A stretch of DNA of 49,126 nucleotides from Candidatus Parcubacteria bacterium (GTDB lineage Bacteria; Patescibacteriota; Patescibacteriia; UBA1558; GWA2-36-10): NCBI GenBank assembly GCA_018669975.1, contig JABHSK010000009.1:1-49126 (forward strand), in the 5' to 3' direction. The notes below the pieces were generated by a model. It had not been told where the DNA came from. It did not search any database and worked only from the letters and a program-made list of their open reading frames with translations. Position 1 is the first letter of the stretch, and each line of letters begins with the position of its first letter. Positions 1 to 9,542 of this stretch are shown in pieces. Both the position numbers and the translations under genes were made by a program.

Positions 1-590
1 CTGTCGCTGACTCGGCTTGGGTTGGGCCTAATGCCAGAGTATTTGGTCGTGCCATAGTGCGTGACAATACCACGGTATGCGGTCATGCCATGGTATGCGG
101 TCATGCCATAGTGCGTGACAATGCCACGGTAGAAGGCACCTCTCGCGTCTATGATTATGCTGTCATCTGTGATGACGCTAAAATCAAAGGGGCAAGCAGG
201 GTTTACGAGCATGCAATTGCATGTGAGTATGCCTCTATGTGTGGGGGGGAGCTCTGCGGAAACTTCATCTCTTTTGAGGAGTGTGATATTGGATATCACA
301 CTCACGATGAATTCCGCATAGATTTTCACCGTCATCCCAATGGCGGTGGCCTGGTAGCTGAAACTGCCAGTGTTCACCCTGATGCTTATATTGAATCGGG
401 TGCTATAATTTTTGATCATACAAAAATTGATAGCAATGCCCGCATTCGTAAAGGCACAAAAATCTTTGGAAAGAAGGTGATATATATACGTCCTACACAT
501 AGAACTAGGAAACCCTCTCGTAAAAGCGCTCGAAAAGAAGCGCGAAAGGAGGCTATTAGAAAAAGACATGAAAGTCTATTTGGCTGGTAA
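1..590 (+). CDS. Hexapeptide-repeat (left-handed beta-helix) protein, 5'-truncated by window edge
   Basis: The frame is open from the window start (VADSAWVGPNARVFGRAIVRDN...). It has a six-residue periodicity (xAxVxG/D), a second HRHPNGGGLVAETASVHPDAYI module and a basic C-terminal tail. Confidence 0.75.
   Translation, partial: VADSAWVGPNARVFGRAIVRDNTTVCGHAMVCGHAIVRDNATVEGTSRVYDYAVICDDAKIKGASRVYEHAIACEYASMCGGELCGNFISFEECDIGYHTHDEFRIDFHRHPNGGGLVAETASVHPDAYIESGAIIFDHTKIDSNARIRKGTKIFGKKVIYIRPTHRTRKPSRKSARKEARKEAIRKRHESLFGW
50..131 (+). repeat. In-frame coding repeats: exact 18-bp tandem duplication plus a 28-bp near-perfect direct repeat
   Basis: GGTATGCGGTCATGCCAT at 74-91 and 92-109; TGCCATAGTGCGTGACAAT[A/G]CCACGGTA at 50-77 and 104-131. 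Confidence 0.9.
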
Positions 591-697
591 TAAGTTTTTA
601 GAGGATTTCTTCAAAAAATCCTCTACTTTTTCCAGCTCATCACATTCAGTGGTGGTATGGAATAGAGTAAAAAAGTTCTTTAATAAAGGAGAGTATA

Positions 698-1354
698 ATG
701 CAATTCGAAGAATTAAGAAAAAAAATCGGTTTTGGATTAGCCGCGATTGTTCATTGGTCCGAGTTGAGCCAAAATCAAGAATTTATTTCTGGCTTAAACT
801 TAACGGAATGGCAAGCAATCTGGAACCAAATTTGCGCTAACCCTGAAATCGACATTGATAAGCGGTCCTTTCTGCAAAAAATAGCCAGCGTGGCTAATAC
901 TTTAGACCTGTGGCTATTTCTATGCGTCAAAACCCCTCCTGATTGTATTGAAATCGAAAGGCAAGCCTGCCAGGAAATGTCCAAATTTTCCGCAACTTTT
1001 GAAGTATGGTCTGGAATATACGAAAAGTATAAAAATAGCCATAAACTTCGTAGTATATCTCCAATAGCTATTCAAAAAATGTCTGAATTAGCTAAGACTT
1101 TTGACCAAGGATTAAAGATCTATCAAGTAGCTGGAGCTCTGGCTGTTATGCCAGCGATGGGAGGTTATCTGACATTCACTGGAGTTGTAGCTGAAAACAC
1201 CGTCAGGATACAAAAACTAGGTACCACAATAATGGCTGAACAAGCCAAGACTGCTAGCCAATGGGACAAACTCTTCCGTTGTACTCTCTGTGATGAGGAG
1301 CTGAGAAATTTGGCCAAAAAAAATAGAGACCAACTTCGCTATCTTGGATCCTAA
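698..1354 (+). CDS. Hypothetical alpha-helical protein (218 aa)
   Basis: ORF with strong SD (AAGGAG, 686-691) and a downstream terminator; weak W-spaced helical repeats; no family recognised. Confidence 0.7.
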   Translation: MQFEELRKKIGFGLAAIVHWSELSQNQEFISGLNLTEWQAIWNQICANPEIDIDKRSFLQKIASVANTLDLWLFLCVKTPPDCIEIERQACQEMSKFSATFEVWSGIYEKYKNSHKLRSISPIAIQKMSELAKTFDQGLKIYQVAGALAVMPAMGGYLTFTGVVAENTVRIQKLGTTIMAEQAKTASQWDKLFRCTLCDEELRNLAKKNRDQLRYLGS

Positions 1355-1358
1355 ATAC

Positions 1359-1395
1359 AAAAGCGGGCTGACTTCAGTCACCCGCTTCTTTTTTT
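1359..1395. terminator. Intrinsic terminator between convergent genes, probably bidirectional
   Basis: AAGCGGGCTGAC-TTCA-GTCACCCGCTT hairpin flanked by A and T runs. Confidence 0.8.
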
Positions 1396-1406
1396 ATTAT
1401 AAAAAT

Positions 1407-2204
1407 TTATAATAATGTATTTTGCCAAGAATCCATCTTACCAGAGGTCTTGGCCTTTTTTATTCTATCAACATCAAACATCCTTAAAGCTTGCCTGAGA
1501 TGACAATAAGCCTTAACTTTATTTCCATTAATTCTTTGCACATCAATCTTGCGGCTGGTAGTGTCACCCTTTTCATCTATATATTCAACCTCCAGTTGCT
1601 CGCCATTAGTTAGGGCATCGTGAACTCTTTGTTCAATGGTACGGTTATTACTATTACCCCAACGAACTATAATTTTTTCTTTACGTCCAGCATTTTGATA
1701 CCAAATATGCCCGTGCTCTTTACCATATTCATAAACTTCTTTGGTAACCTTAACATCATCTAGACAATATCTAGTTAAATTCTCCCAATCATTATTTCTA
1801 TGATAGACAATAGCGTCTAAACCAGAACCAGATTTTCCATAACCTAAAGTGCTCTGGGCTACGCTTTCTAACTTGAGCCTATGACCTAGAGCATGTACAA
1901 TCTCTTCTAAAATATCTAAGTGACCTACGGTAGATAAATCAAATTCATCATAATATGGTTGCAAAACTGGAAAATCAAAGCTCTTGCTATTAAAACCAAT
2001 CACTTCTTCAGCATTTTTTAAAATATCTAAAAGCCCAGCAAACTCTTCTTCTCTAAAGGCCCTATATTGGTCACGATTATAAGAATAAATTCCAACCAAA
2101 GAAACACCTAATAGGTGCTTATTGTGATGACCACCTACTTCATCAAAAGTTTTTAGTGTCTCCAAGTCTAATACAATTTTATCTTTTTTTTCTTCTTTGT
2201 CCAT
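1407..2204 (-). CDS. RNase H-like (DEDD / YprB-type) exonuclease fused to a C-terminal WYL-like domain
   Basis: ExoI VLDLET, ExoII GFNSKSFD and ExoIII YCLDDV motifs. The C-terminal 80 aa match the WYL pattern (LEVEYID..TTSRKID..VKAYCHLRQALRMFDVDRI). Confidence 0.8.
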   Translation of the reverse strand: MDKEEKKDKIVLDLETLKTFDEVGGHHNKHLLGVSLVGIYSYNRDQYRAFREEEFAGLLDILKNAEEVIGFNSKSFDFPVLQPYYDEFDLSTVGHLDILEEIVHALGHRLKLESVAQSTLGYGKSGSGLDAIVYHRNNDWENLTRYCLDDVKVTKEVYEYGKEHGHIWYQNAGRKEKIIVRWGNSNNRTIEQRVHDALTNGEQLEVEYIDEKGDTTSRKIDVQRINGNKVKAYCHLRQALRMFDVDRIKKAKTSGKMDSWQNTLL

Positions 2205-2233
2205 GGATAGTATTATAACAAATTTATAAAAAA

Positions 2234-4249
2234 TTACCAGTTATCTACACTGGGCAAAAAGCCATCACCATCATCATTGTCTTGACAGTCAAGATCACTG
2301 ACATATGACACACCATCACTAGAGGCATAGCTAGTTGTTTTAGATAATTGATTATGATTAAGCAAATTACCATCTACTTCTCCAATAAATGGTGATGGAC
2401 TCATACTTTTGTAACCATCGAAACGATAAACTGCCAAAGGATAAGTTAAATATAAATAACGACAGGCCCTGGTAATGGCTACATAAAACAAACGACGCTC
2501 CTCCTCTATCTCTTCGGCAAAAGGATGTGGAAATGCACTATCTGTCATATTAATAACAAAAACAGCTGCCCACTCTAAACCTTTGGCTTGATGGACTGTA
2601 CTGAGAATCACAGATTCTCTATTTTCTTTCTTAGCCTGACTAGCACTATAACCTTCTTGTAAACTTATTTCACTTAGGAAATCTTCTAATATATCATAAT
2701 CAATCGCAAAGATAGCTAGCTGATCTAAGTCATCCTGACGTTGATGATAATCAGGAAATTTTTCCATTAGATAGCTACTGTATTGTTCAATTACTAAATG
2801 TATCAACTGACTAACATCCTTATCTCTCTGTTTAACCAATTTATCAATCAAAGAGCTAATACGGCTCCAGCTCTGTCCAGCTTTTGCAGCTAAATTTAAT
2901 TTTAATTCCATTAATTCCGAAATGTCATCAAGGCTAGCCAGCTGTTGATATATCAACTTGGCTGTGACTGGACCAACACCTTCATAGAGTTGTAAAATTC
3001 TCATCCAAGACACCTCATCACGATGATTACCCAATACTTTGAGCCATGACAAAACATCTTTAACATGAGCTCTTTCGAAAAATCTCAAGCCGCCCCTCAT
3101 TTCATAATCAATACCACGTCTATTGAGTTCCATTTCTAAAGTCTGCGCATAATGAGACGCTCTAAATAACACAGCTATACTACTTGGTCTAACCTCTCTA
3201 CCCAATAACTGTTGTATCTTGTCGGCTATAAACCATGCTTCTTCCTTATTGCTGCGTAAAGCAACCAATTCTGGGCGCACATGACTGTCATTGATAGCTG
3301 ATAATTCTTTAGAAAATTGATTTTGATTAACAGCAATAACCTGGTTGGCTAAATCTAAAATTTCTGGAGTAGAGCGATAGTTGGTTTCCAGTTTATGAGT
3401 TTTACAATTTTTAAAATTTTTAGGAAAATCTAAAATGTTTTTAATATTTGCTGCCCGAAAAGAATAAATACTCTGCGCATCATCACCAACCACCAAAATA
3501 TTCTGGTGCAGTTTGGCTAAATTAAAAATAATCTCTGCCTGAATAATATTAGTATCCTGATATTCATCTACTAAAATATAGTCCCATTTTTTAGCTAGGG
3601 TTTCTCCAGCCCTAGCATCTTGAGTTAGCTTTTTCCAATACAAAAGTAAATCATCAAAGTCCAGAAGTTTAGCCACTTGTTTGCGACGTTGGTATTCCTT
3701 GGTTATTTTTTCAAAAATATCTAAAAACGGAACCCATTCCGGAAACTTGGTTTCTAAACTAGCCTCAATGCTAATTTTAGAATTATTAGCAAAACTAATT
3801 GTTTCTCTAAAAATAGCCGGTGATGGTTTACGTTTTTCAGATAACCCCTTTAGAAACTCCTTGCTAATCAATTTAAGTAAGGTATCCGTATCAGCAGTGT
3901 CCATAATAGTGAAATCTGACTCTAGACCAATATGTTTTCCATATATTCTCAACAGTCTATTGGCCACTGAATGGAAAGTACCACCCCATAGAGAAAACTT
4001 CTCCTTGGGCGCAACTCCTAAAATAGCTTTAGCCCTGACCATCATTTCGTTGGCCGCTTTATTAGTAAAAGTCAACAATAATATTTTCTCCGGTTTAACA
4101 CCTTGCGATATCAACCAAGCTACCCGATAAACCAGGGTTCTGGTTTTACCTGAGCCAGCACCAGCCAAAACTAAATGAGGCCCGTCACCGGCAGTGACGA
4201 CCTCGTATTGCTGTTGATTAAGTTCATTTTTGAAATTGGGTTGAATCAT
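2234..4249 (-). CDS. pcrA: ATP-dependent DNA helicase, UvrD/PcrA family (SF1)
   Basis: AGAGSGKT, DEYQD, VGDDAQSIYSFR, NYRS, TVHQAKGLEW and EERRLFYVAITRA motifs. Start moved to ATG 4249 (MIQPNF) because the longer start lies in the upstream terminator. Confidence 0.9.
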   Translation of the reverse strand: MIQPNFKNELNQQQYEVVTAGDGPHLVLAGAGSGKTRTLVYRVAWLISQGVKPEKILLLTFTNKAANEMMVRAKAILGVAPKEKFSLWGGTFHSVANRLLRIYGKHIGLESDFTIMDTADTDTLLKLISKEFLKGLSEKRKPSPAIFRETISFANNSKISIEASLETKFPEWVPFLDIFEKITKEYQRRKQVAKLLDFDDLLLYWKKLTQDARAGETLAKKWDYILVDEYQDTNIIQAEIIFNLAKLHQNILVVGDDAQSIYSFRAANIKNILDFPKNFKNCKTHKLETNYRSTPEILDLANQVIAVNQNQFSKELSAINDSHVRPELVALRSNKEEAWFIADKIQQLLGREVRPSSIAVLFRASHYAQTLEMELNRRGIDYEMRGGLRFFERAHVKDVLSWLKVLGNHRDEVSWMRILQLYEGVGPVTAKLIYQQLASLDDISELMELKLNLAAKAGQSWSRISSLIDKLVKQRDKDVSQLIHLVIEQYSSYLMEKFPDYHQRQDDLDQLAIFAIDYDILEDFLSEISLQEGYSASQAKKENRESVILSTVHQAKGLEWAAVFVINMTDSAFPHPFAEEIEEERRLFYVAITRACRYLYLTYPLAVYRFDGYKSMSPSPFIGEVDGNLLNHNQLSKTTSYASSDGVSYVSDLDCQDNDDGDGFLPSVDNW

Positions 4250-4290
4250 AGGTAGACATATTATAATACAAACTTGGAAATAGGTAAAAT

Positions 4291-4318
4291 AAAAATCCCG
4301 CATCCTAAGATACGGGAT
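4291..4318 (-). terminator. Intrinsic terminator of the 4331-5287 gene
   Basis: Minus strand ATCCCGTATC-TTAG-GATGCGGGAT-TTTT. Confidence 0.8.
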
Positions 4319-4330
4319 CAATGTCTAGCT

Positions 4331-5287
4331 CTAAGCCAGCACATCATTGATGATAACGTCGCGGATTTCCTCCCAAGTCAGAATACTGCCCGATGCTCGA
4401 GCTGAGCCTCCGATTAGGTCAGAACCTCCCCAACGATCTGTTTCGGGCATTTCCTCGCCACGCTTAGCTTCCTCGGCCTTGTTGAGAGCCGCCAAAATAT
4501 CGGTAACCGGGAAGGGAATATACTGCGAGCGGCGTCCAACCACATAAACAATCCGACCGTCATCACGACGAGCCACAATACTAACAAAGGCATTCATGCC
4601 CTTGCTATAAAGATGGTAGCGAGCATCGTTGCCGCCAATCTCATCGACGATCTTGAAGATCGAATGATCGAATAAAGTCTCATGACGAGTATCCAAGTCG
4701 ACCTCGCCAGCCTCACCCATCATGGCCTTGGTTAGGCGAACCATGACCGCATCCAAATTATCAAGCATTACCTGCTCGTCAGCATTGGCCAACTGGCCAG
4801 ACTTACGCAGATTGGTGTAGGGCTCGAAAATCCAACAATACTGACGGACGTACTCTTCCTTGAGGTTAATCGGGAAAGCACCACCGGTGATGTCCCACTT
4901 GTCCGATAAATCTAAAACACGACTGATAGCCGGTACACTCTGTGTACCCTCGAAAAGCTTATAGTTCATGAGTAGCCAAACGGCCAAGACAGTATCCTGA
5001 TCGGTATCGTTAATATAGATGTGAGCATGAGCCCTACCATCTTCTCGGAACGATTCCATCAGACCACCCTTGATGGCCATAAAGACCTGCTTAGCAGTAC
5101 TCATAGTGGCTTCTCGAACCACATTACCATGATGATCAAAATTGATGTGCAGACTATGCTCATCAAAACAAGGACCACCGTTAACCACACCATCCAGAGC
5201 AATGGAATTATTCGGCGTATTTGCCAAAAATTCCTCCCAGGTCATGGTTTGACGGGGTAATACGTGAATCTCAAATGTAGGCTTCAT
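4331..5287 (-). CDS. DHH-like phosphoesterase-fold protein (318 aa)
   Basis: IALDG, NFDHH and INDTDQD motifs plus C-terminal WGG..IGGS; strong SD (AAAGGAG); visibly GC-richer than the flanks. Confidence 0.65.
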   Translation of the reverse strand: MKPTFEIHVLPRQTMTWEEFLANTPNNSIALDGVVNGGPCFDEHSLHINFDHHGNVVREATMSTAKQVFMAIKGGLMESFREDGRAHAHIYINDTDQDTVLAVWLLMNYKLFEGTQSVPAISRVLDLSDKWDITGGAFPINLKEEYVRQYCWIFEPYTNLRKSGQLANADEQVMLDNLDAVMVRLTKAMMGEAGEVDLDTRHETLFDHSIFKIVDEIGGNDARYHLYSKGMNAFVSIVARRDDGRIVYVVGRRSQYIPFPVTDILAALNKAEEAKRGEEMPETDRWGGSDLIGGSARASGSILTWEEIRDVIINDVLA

Positions 5288-5341
5288 AGCACTTTTCTCC
5301 TTTGTTGATTGAGGTGCCGAAACTACTGATTTAAAAAATAT

Positions 5342-5386
5342 AATGTACTCAATGTGCCATTATAGTCCTAAATGATTTTTTGTCAA
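5342..5386 (-). promoter_or_regulatory. Sigma70-type promoter plus boxA-like motif
   Basis: TTGACA (5386-5381), 16 nt, TATAAT (5364-5359), then AGTACATT (5349-5342). Confidence 0.7.
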
Positions 5387-5421
5387 TATACTACTTGCAA
5401 GCCTGTTTTTCTTGCTCAAAT

Positions 5422-5453
5422 AAAAAACCAGACTCTCTCGATAAAGAGTCTGG
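5422..5453 (-). terminator. Intrinsic terminator of the orphan pilin gene
   Basis: CCAGACTCT/AGAGTCTGG stem followed by a T6 run on the minus strand. Confidence 0.8.
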
Positions 5454-5460
5454 CTAAAGC

Positions 5461-5892
5461 CTAAGAAGAACGTTTCGGTATTTTATTCAAAGTGATAGTT
5501 TTAACAGCGTCAACACCACGAGCAGTAATGACATAGTCAACGGCCACGCCATTTCGGCAGATCACTTCGATTCCCACTTGCCCCTCTACAGCGGCTGTAG
5601 CACCAAATAATGGCTCAGTGCGCTCTCCGGTAAACGGATTTTTCAGAAGCTCTTTTCCAGGCAAGAAAGGAAGGAGGTCCTCCTTCTTATCTGAATAAAC
5701 ACCATCATTTTTATCCGCATAAGCTTCGGCTGCCTGCTGCACTGTGCGTGCAACACCCTTAGTCTTGGCTTCCTTGGCTCGATCTTGCATACTAATAAAA
5801 TTTGGAATTGCAATCGCTGCTAGCATCCCGATAATCACAACTACAATCATTAATTCTATTAATGTGAATCCGCCTCTTGGCTTACCTGACAT
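5461..5892 (-). CDS. Type IV pilin / pseudopilin (143 aa)
   Basis: Class III signal G|FTLIELMIVVVIIGMLAAIAIPNF. The likely start is ATG 5892 with SD GGAGG at 5904-5900. Confidence 0.9.
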   Translation of the reverse strand: MSGKPRGGFTLIELMIVVVIIGMLAAIAIPNFISMQDRAKEAKTKGVARTVQQAAEAYADKNDGVYSDKKEDLLPFLPGKELLKNPFTGERTEPLFGATAAVEGQVGIEVICRNGVAVDYVITARGVDAVKTITLNKIPKRSS

Positions 5893-5971
5893 GCGCTTTC
5901 CTCCAAAGAATGTTATAAGGGGTGTATCCCCTTGTGACAGATTACTTAATAACCTCTCTTTCAGGCTTGAG

Positions 5972-6026
5972 TTTATAAGAACAGAAACTGAAAAAATACT
6001 ATATAATATCCAATGCACCCTGTCAA
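5972..6026 (-). promoter_or_regulatory. Sigma70-type promoter plus boxA-like motif
   Basis: TTGACA (6026-6021), 17 nt, TATAGT (6003-5998), then TGTTCTTATAAA (5983-5972). Confidence 0.7.
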
Positions 6027-6111
6027 TATAATACACTATCAAGTGTTGCAATTTTATTAGCTTTGTGTTTTAATTTGTCTTGTTATCATTAATTTAAACC
6101 CTGAAGAACAT

Positions 6112-7173
6112 ATGTCATTTTCTCTAGGTATAGTTGGCTTACCAAATGTCGGCAAATCAACACTATTTCAAGCATTGACCAAAAACAAGGTAGAAGCATC
6201 CAACTACCCGTTTTGTACTATTGATCCAAATGTTGGTGTAGTAGCTGTACCGGATGACCGTTTGGATAAACTAACTAAAATGTCCCAATCTGCTAAGACT
6301 ATCCCCACCACGATAGAGTTTGTTGATATTGCTGGATTAGTTAAGGGTGCCTCTGAAGGAGAAGGTTTAGGAAATAAGTTTTTATCACATATCCGAGAAG
6401 TTGACGCTATCGTTCAAGTAATACGATATTTTAATAACGGAGACGTCACCCATGTCCATGGTAAGGTAGATCCTGAATATGATAAACAAATTATCAATTT
6501 AGAATTAATCATGGCCGACCTAGACACTGTCAGCAAACATCTAGATAAAGTAGTCAGTAAAATGAAAGGGCCCTATGATAAAATACTAGATAAGGAAAAG
6601 GTGATTTTAGATAAAGTACGTACCACCTTGGAAGATAATAAAATGGTAAACCAGCTAGAGTTTGATGAAGAAGAGAAGAAAATACTTAAACAGCTCAACC
6701 TACTAACCATTAAACCAATTATTTACCTTTACAACATTGACGAATCTGATGTTAACGAGGATCTTGATCTACCAGAAAATACCATTGCTATCTGTGCCCA
6801 AGTGGAGGCTGAATTAGCCGAATTAGAAGAAACAGAGGTTAAAGAATTTTTGAAAGAGCTGGGCATAGAAAAAGGTGGCTTGGACAGTCTAATTAAAACT
6901 AGCTACAAACTATTAAATCTAATCACCTTTATAACTACTGGTCCAGAAGAAACCAAGGCTTGGACAGTCACTCGTGGCGCTAAGGCCCCACAAGCAGCAG
7001 GTGTTATTCACACTGATTTTGAAAAGGGCTTTATACGAGCCGAGGCAATCAATTGGCAGGAGCTCCTAGATTCTGAATCTTGGAATAATGCTAAAGATAA
7101 AGGATTGATGCGCATGGAAGGAAAAGAGTATATCGTCCAAGACGGAGACACTGTCCATTTTCACTTTAATTAA
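6112..7173 (+). CDS. ychF: Redox-regulated ATPase YchF (Obg family)
   Basis: [42 protein letters not shown] and TGS-domain [13 protein letters not shown]. Confidence 0.97.
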   Translation: MSFSLGIVGLPNVGKSTLFQALTKNKVEASNYPFCTIDPNVGVVAVPDDRLDKLTKMSQSAKTIPTTIEFVDIAGLVKGASEGEGLGNKFLSHIREVDAIVQVIRYFNNGDVTHVHGKVDPEYDKQIINLELIMADLDTVSKHLDKVVSKMKGPYDKILDKEKVILDKVRTTLEDNKMVNQLEFDEEEKKILKQLNLLTIKPIIYLYNIDESDVNEDLDLPENTIAICAQVEAELAELEETEVKEFLKELGIEKGGLDSLIKTSYKLLNLITFITTGPEETKAWTVTRGAKAPQAAGVIHTDFEKGFIRAEAINWQELLDSESWNNAKDKGLMRMEGKEYIVQDGDTVHFHFN

Positions 7174-7205
7174 AATAACGCCTAAATCGGCGTTGTTTTG
7201 TTTTT
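7172..7205 (+). terminator. ychF terminator
   Basis: AAAATAACGCC-TAAATC-GGCGTTGTTTT hairpin followed by T-rich sequence. Confidence 0.7.
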
Positions 7206-7255
7206 ATAATGAAAAAATGATAGAATTATAACATTGTTTTTGACTTAAAATTATT

Positions 7256-8017
7256 ATGAATTCTAAAAAAGTTATTGCTGTTTTGCCCGCCTACAATGCT
7301 GCCAAAACACTCAAGCTAACACTAGACGATATACCTGCGGGTAGCGTAGATGAAATCATTCTAGTAGACGACGCTAGTAGTGACAATACTGTAGAATTAG
7401 CTAAACAATATGGCTTACATGTTTTTGTTCATGAAAAAAATAAGGGCTATGGTGGTAATCAAAAAACCTGCTATAAAAAAGCTTTAGAAATGGGTGCTGA
7501 TATAGCCATTATGATTCACCCAGATCATCAATATAATCCAAAATTAGTACCACAAATGCTAGCACCACTACTAAATGAAGAATGTGACGCTGTTTTTGGC
7601 TCTCGCATGATACACAAACGAGACGCTTTAGAAGGTGGTATGCCAAAATATAAATTTGTAGCTAACATAATACTAACCAAAATAGAAAATTTTATCTTGG
7701 GACTAACACTAGCTGAATACCATTCTGGCTTTAGAGCATACTCTAAAAAAGCATTGTCAATGCTACCACTACAAGAAAACTCGGATGATTTCGTTTTTGA
7801 CACAGAAATCATTGCTCAACTAGCAATCAATAAATTTAAAATCAAAGAAATACCCATTAATACAAAATATTTCAAAGATGCTTCAAATATAAGCCTAAAA
7901 CGTAGTACGGAATATGGTCTGGGAATTTTAAAAACAATGGTTAAATATAAACTCCACCAATGGGGCATAAAAAAGATAAAGCAATTATCTTCGGTAAATA
8001 ACCCTGCTAATGAGTAA
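7256..8017 (+). CDS. GT2 glycosyltransferase, polyprenol-phosphate sugar synthase (DPM1-like)
   Basis: VLPAYNAA, VDDASSD, NKGYGGNQK, HPDHQY, GSR and SGFRAY motifs. Confidence 0.9.
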   Translation: MNSKKVIAVLPAYNAAKTLKLTLDDIPAGSVDEIILVDDASSDNTVELAKQYGLHVFVHEKNKGYGGNQKTCYKKALEMGADIAIMIHPDHQYNPKLVPQMLAPLLNEECDAVFGSRMIHKRDALEGGMPKYKFVANIILTKIENFILGLTLAEYHSGFRAYSKKALSMLPLQENSDDFVFDTEIIAQLAINKFKIKEIPINTKYFKDASNISLKRSTEYGLGILKTMVKYKLHQWGIKKIKQLSSVNNPANE

Positions 8018-9542
8018 TAATTTCTACAAATACTTAGAAAAAAAATATAAAGTCATACTACTCATAATAGTCGTCCTAGGCGCCGGACTACGTCTTATAG
8101 ACACCCATAAAAAGCTTATTTGGCAAGATGAAGCTGAAACAGTAATAAATTCTATCCAAGTAATTGAAGATGGTTATCCGCATGGTTATTTTAAAGGAAA
8201 GAAAATATTTGAAAGTAAGTTAAGAATAGAAATAGATGATCCCGTTTACGCTTACACAGAAAGTAATTTTTATGGTTCAAAATATGAAAATAACAAGGGT
8301 TGGCTAGGCTATTATTATCTAGCACCTTTTGTAAAAATATTTGGCGTGTCAGAGCTTTCTGTAAGATTACCATTTTTACTTTTTTATATATTGACTACAA
8401 TATTAATATTCAGGCTCAGCCAAATATTTTTTGATAATAAAATTATATCTTTGCTGGCCTGCTTTTTATTTGCCATAGATCCAGTATCAATTCTCTATGG
8501 TAAGCAAGCTAGGTATTACTCCATTATAATGTTAATGGCTCCTGCTTTATTATATTTTAATTATCTATATACAAAAAACAAACGAATAATATATCTGTGG
8601 CTATTAACTACATCGCTAATTCTTACATTCCATACACATATATTATTATGTTCTTTTATTATTTTGTTTCTTATTTATTATAATTTTTTAAAAACAAAAA
8701 CAATTAAACTAGACAAATATATTGTCTATAATCTCGGTTATTTCTTATTGTGTACCGTACCCTGGTTGATTCTAGTTAAATTTTGGACAAATTTCGAAAC
8801 CCATGGGATTGCTAGTAGCGACTTAAACTTTATACCTATTCTTTGGATTATTGGCGTATTATTATATTTAGCCTTGTATAGAGTATACAAATTTATTACT
8901 AAAGATAAAAAATACCTACACATAAATGAAATTATACCTAGCTACTTGCTCCACTTTTTCTGTGGCTACCTAATAATTTTTCCCATACTAATACCAGCTG
9001 AATCATTTTCTGACCGAATATTTATTTCTCTACTCCCATTGTTTACAATAATCATTTCTAGATTAATATATAAAATATTTATAAAAAAACGAACAAAGCT
9101 GACGATTACTCTTATATTTTTATTAAGTATTTATTTAGTATTAATGTTTGGCTTACGAGCACAAATGTTTTACGGAAAAAACTCCTGGATTAATAGTGTT
9201 ATACGCTATGCTCAAGAAACAAATCTAAAAAATGATGACCTTTTGATAACAAATTGGCATGACCTTACACTATCTTTATATACTGATTATAATATTTATC
9301 CCCTGTATACTTTAAACCCTGATTTTGTAAATAATTACCCTAATAGAGTTTTAGCGATAATGTCACTGAAAGCAATGATTCCAAACGGAACAACCAATAA
9401 ACCACGTATTCACGAAAACTTAATTTTAGAAGAAGCTAGATTCTACAACTTTTCAGATAGATTAAAAAACTGTAAAAAAGTTTACATTGATCAATACACA
9501 TTAATTTTTGATTGCCCAAAATTAGAAAATTATGAAAAATAA
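8010..9542 (+). CDS. GT-C membrane glycosyltransferase (ArnT/PMT-like)
   Basis: First TM followed by WQDEA, then SELSVRLP, QARYYS and many TM helices. Confidence 0.8.
   Translation: MSNNFYKYLEKKYKVILLIIVVLGAGLRLIDTHKKLIWQDEAETVINSIQVIEDGYPHGYFKGKKIFESKLRIEIDDPVYAYTESNFYGSKYENNKGWLGYYYLAPFVKIFGVSELSVRLPFLLFYILTTILIFRLSQIFFDNKIISLLACFLFAIDPVSILYGKQARYYSIIMLMAPALLYFNYLYTKNKRIIYLWLLTTSLILTFHTHILLCSFIILFLIYYNFLKTKTIKLDKYIVYNLGYFLLCTVPWLILVKFWTNFETHGIASSDLNFIPILWIIGVLLYLALYRVYKFITKDKKYLHINEIIPSYLLHFFCGYLIIFPILIPAESFSDRIFISLLPLFTIIISRLIYKIFIKKRTKLTITLIFLLSIYLVLMFGLRAQMFYGKNSWINSVIRYAQETNLKNDDLLITNWHDLTLSLYTDYNIYPLYTLNPDFVNNYPNRVLAIMSLKAMIPNGTTNKPRIHENLILEEARFYNFSDRLKNCKKVYIDQYTLIFDCPKLENYEK

Noticed and set aside
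568-840. 90-aa ORF bridging the first two genes
   Set aside because: It overlaps both neighbours and spans a hairpin and the SD of the 698 gene; there is no recognisable motif.
4250-4321. N-terminal extension of PcrA in the ORF track
   Set aside because: It runs through a terminator and promoter; helicase similarity begins after ATG 4249.
5893-6051. N-terminal extension of the pilin in the ORF track
   Set aside because: It covers the promoter and leader; the SD and class III signal support ATG 5892.
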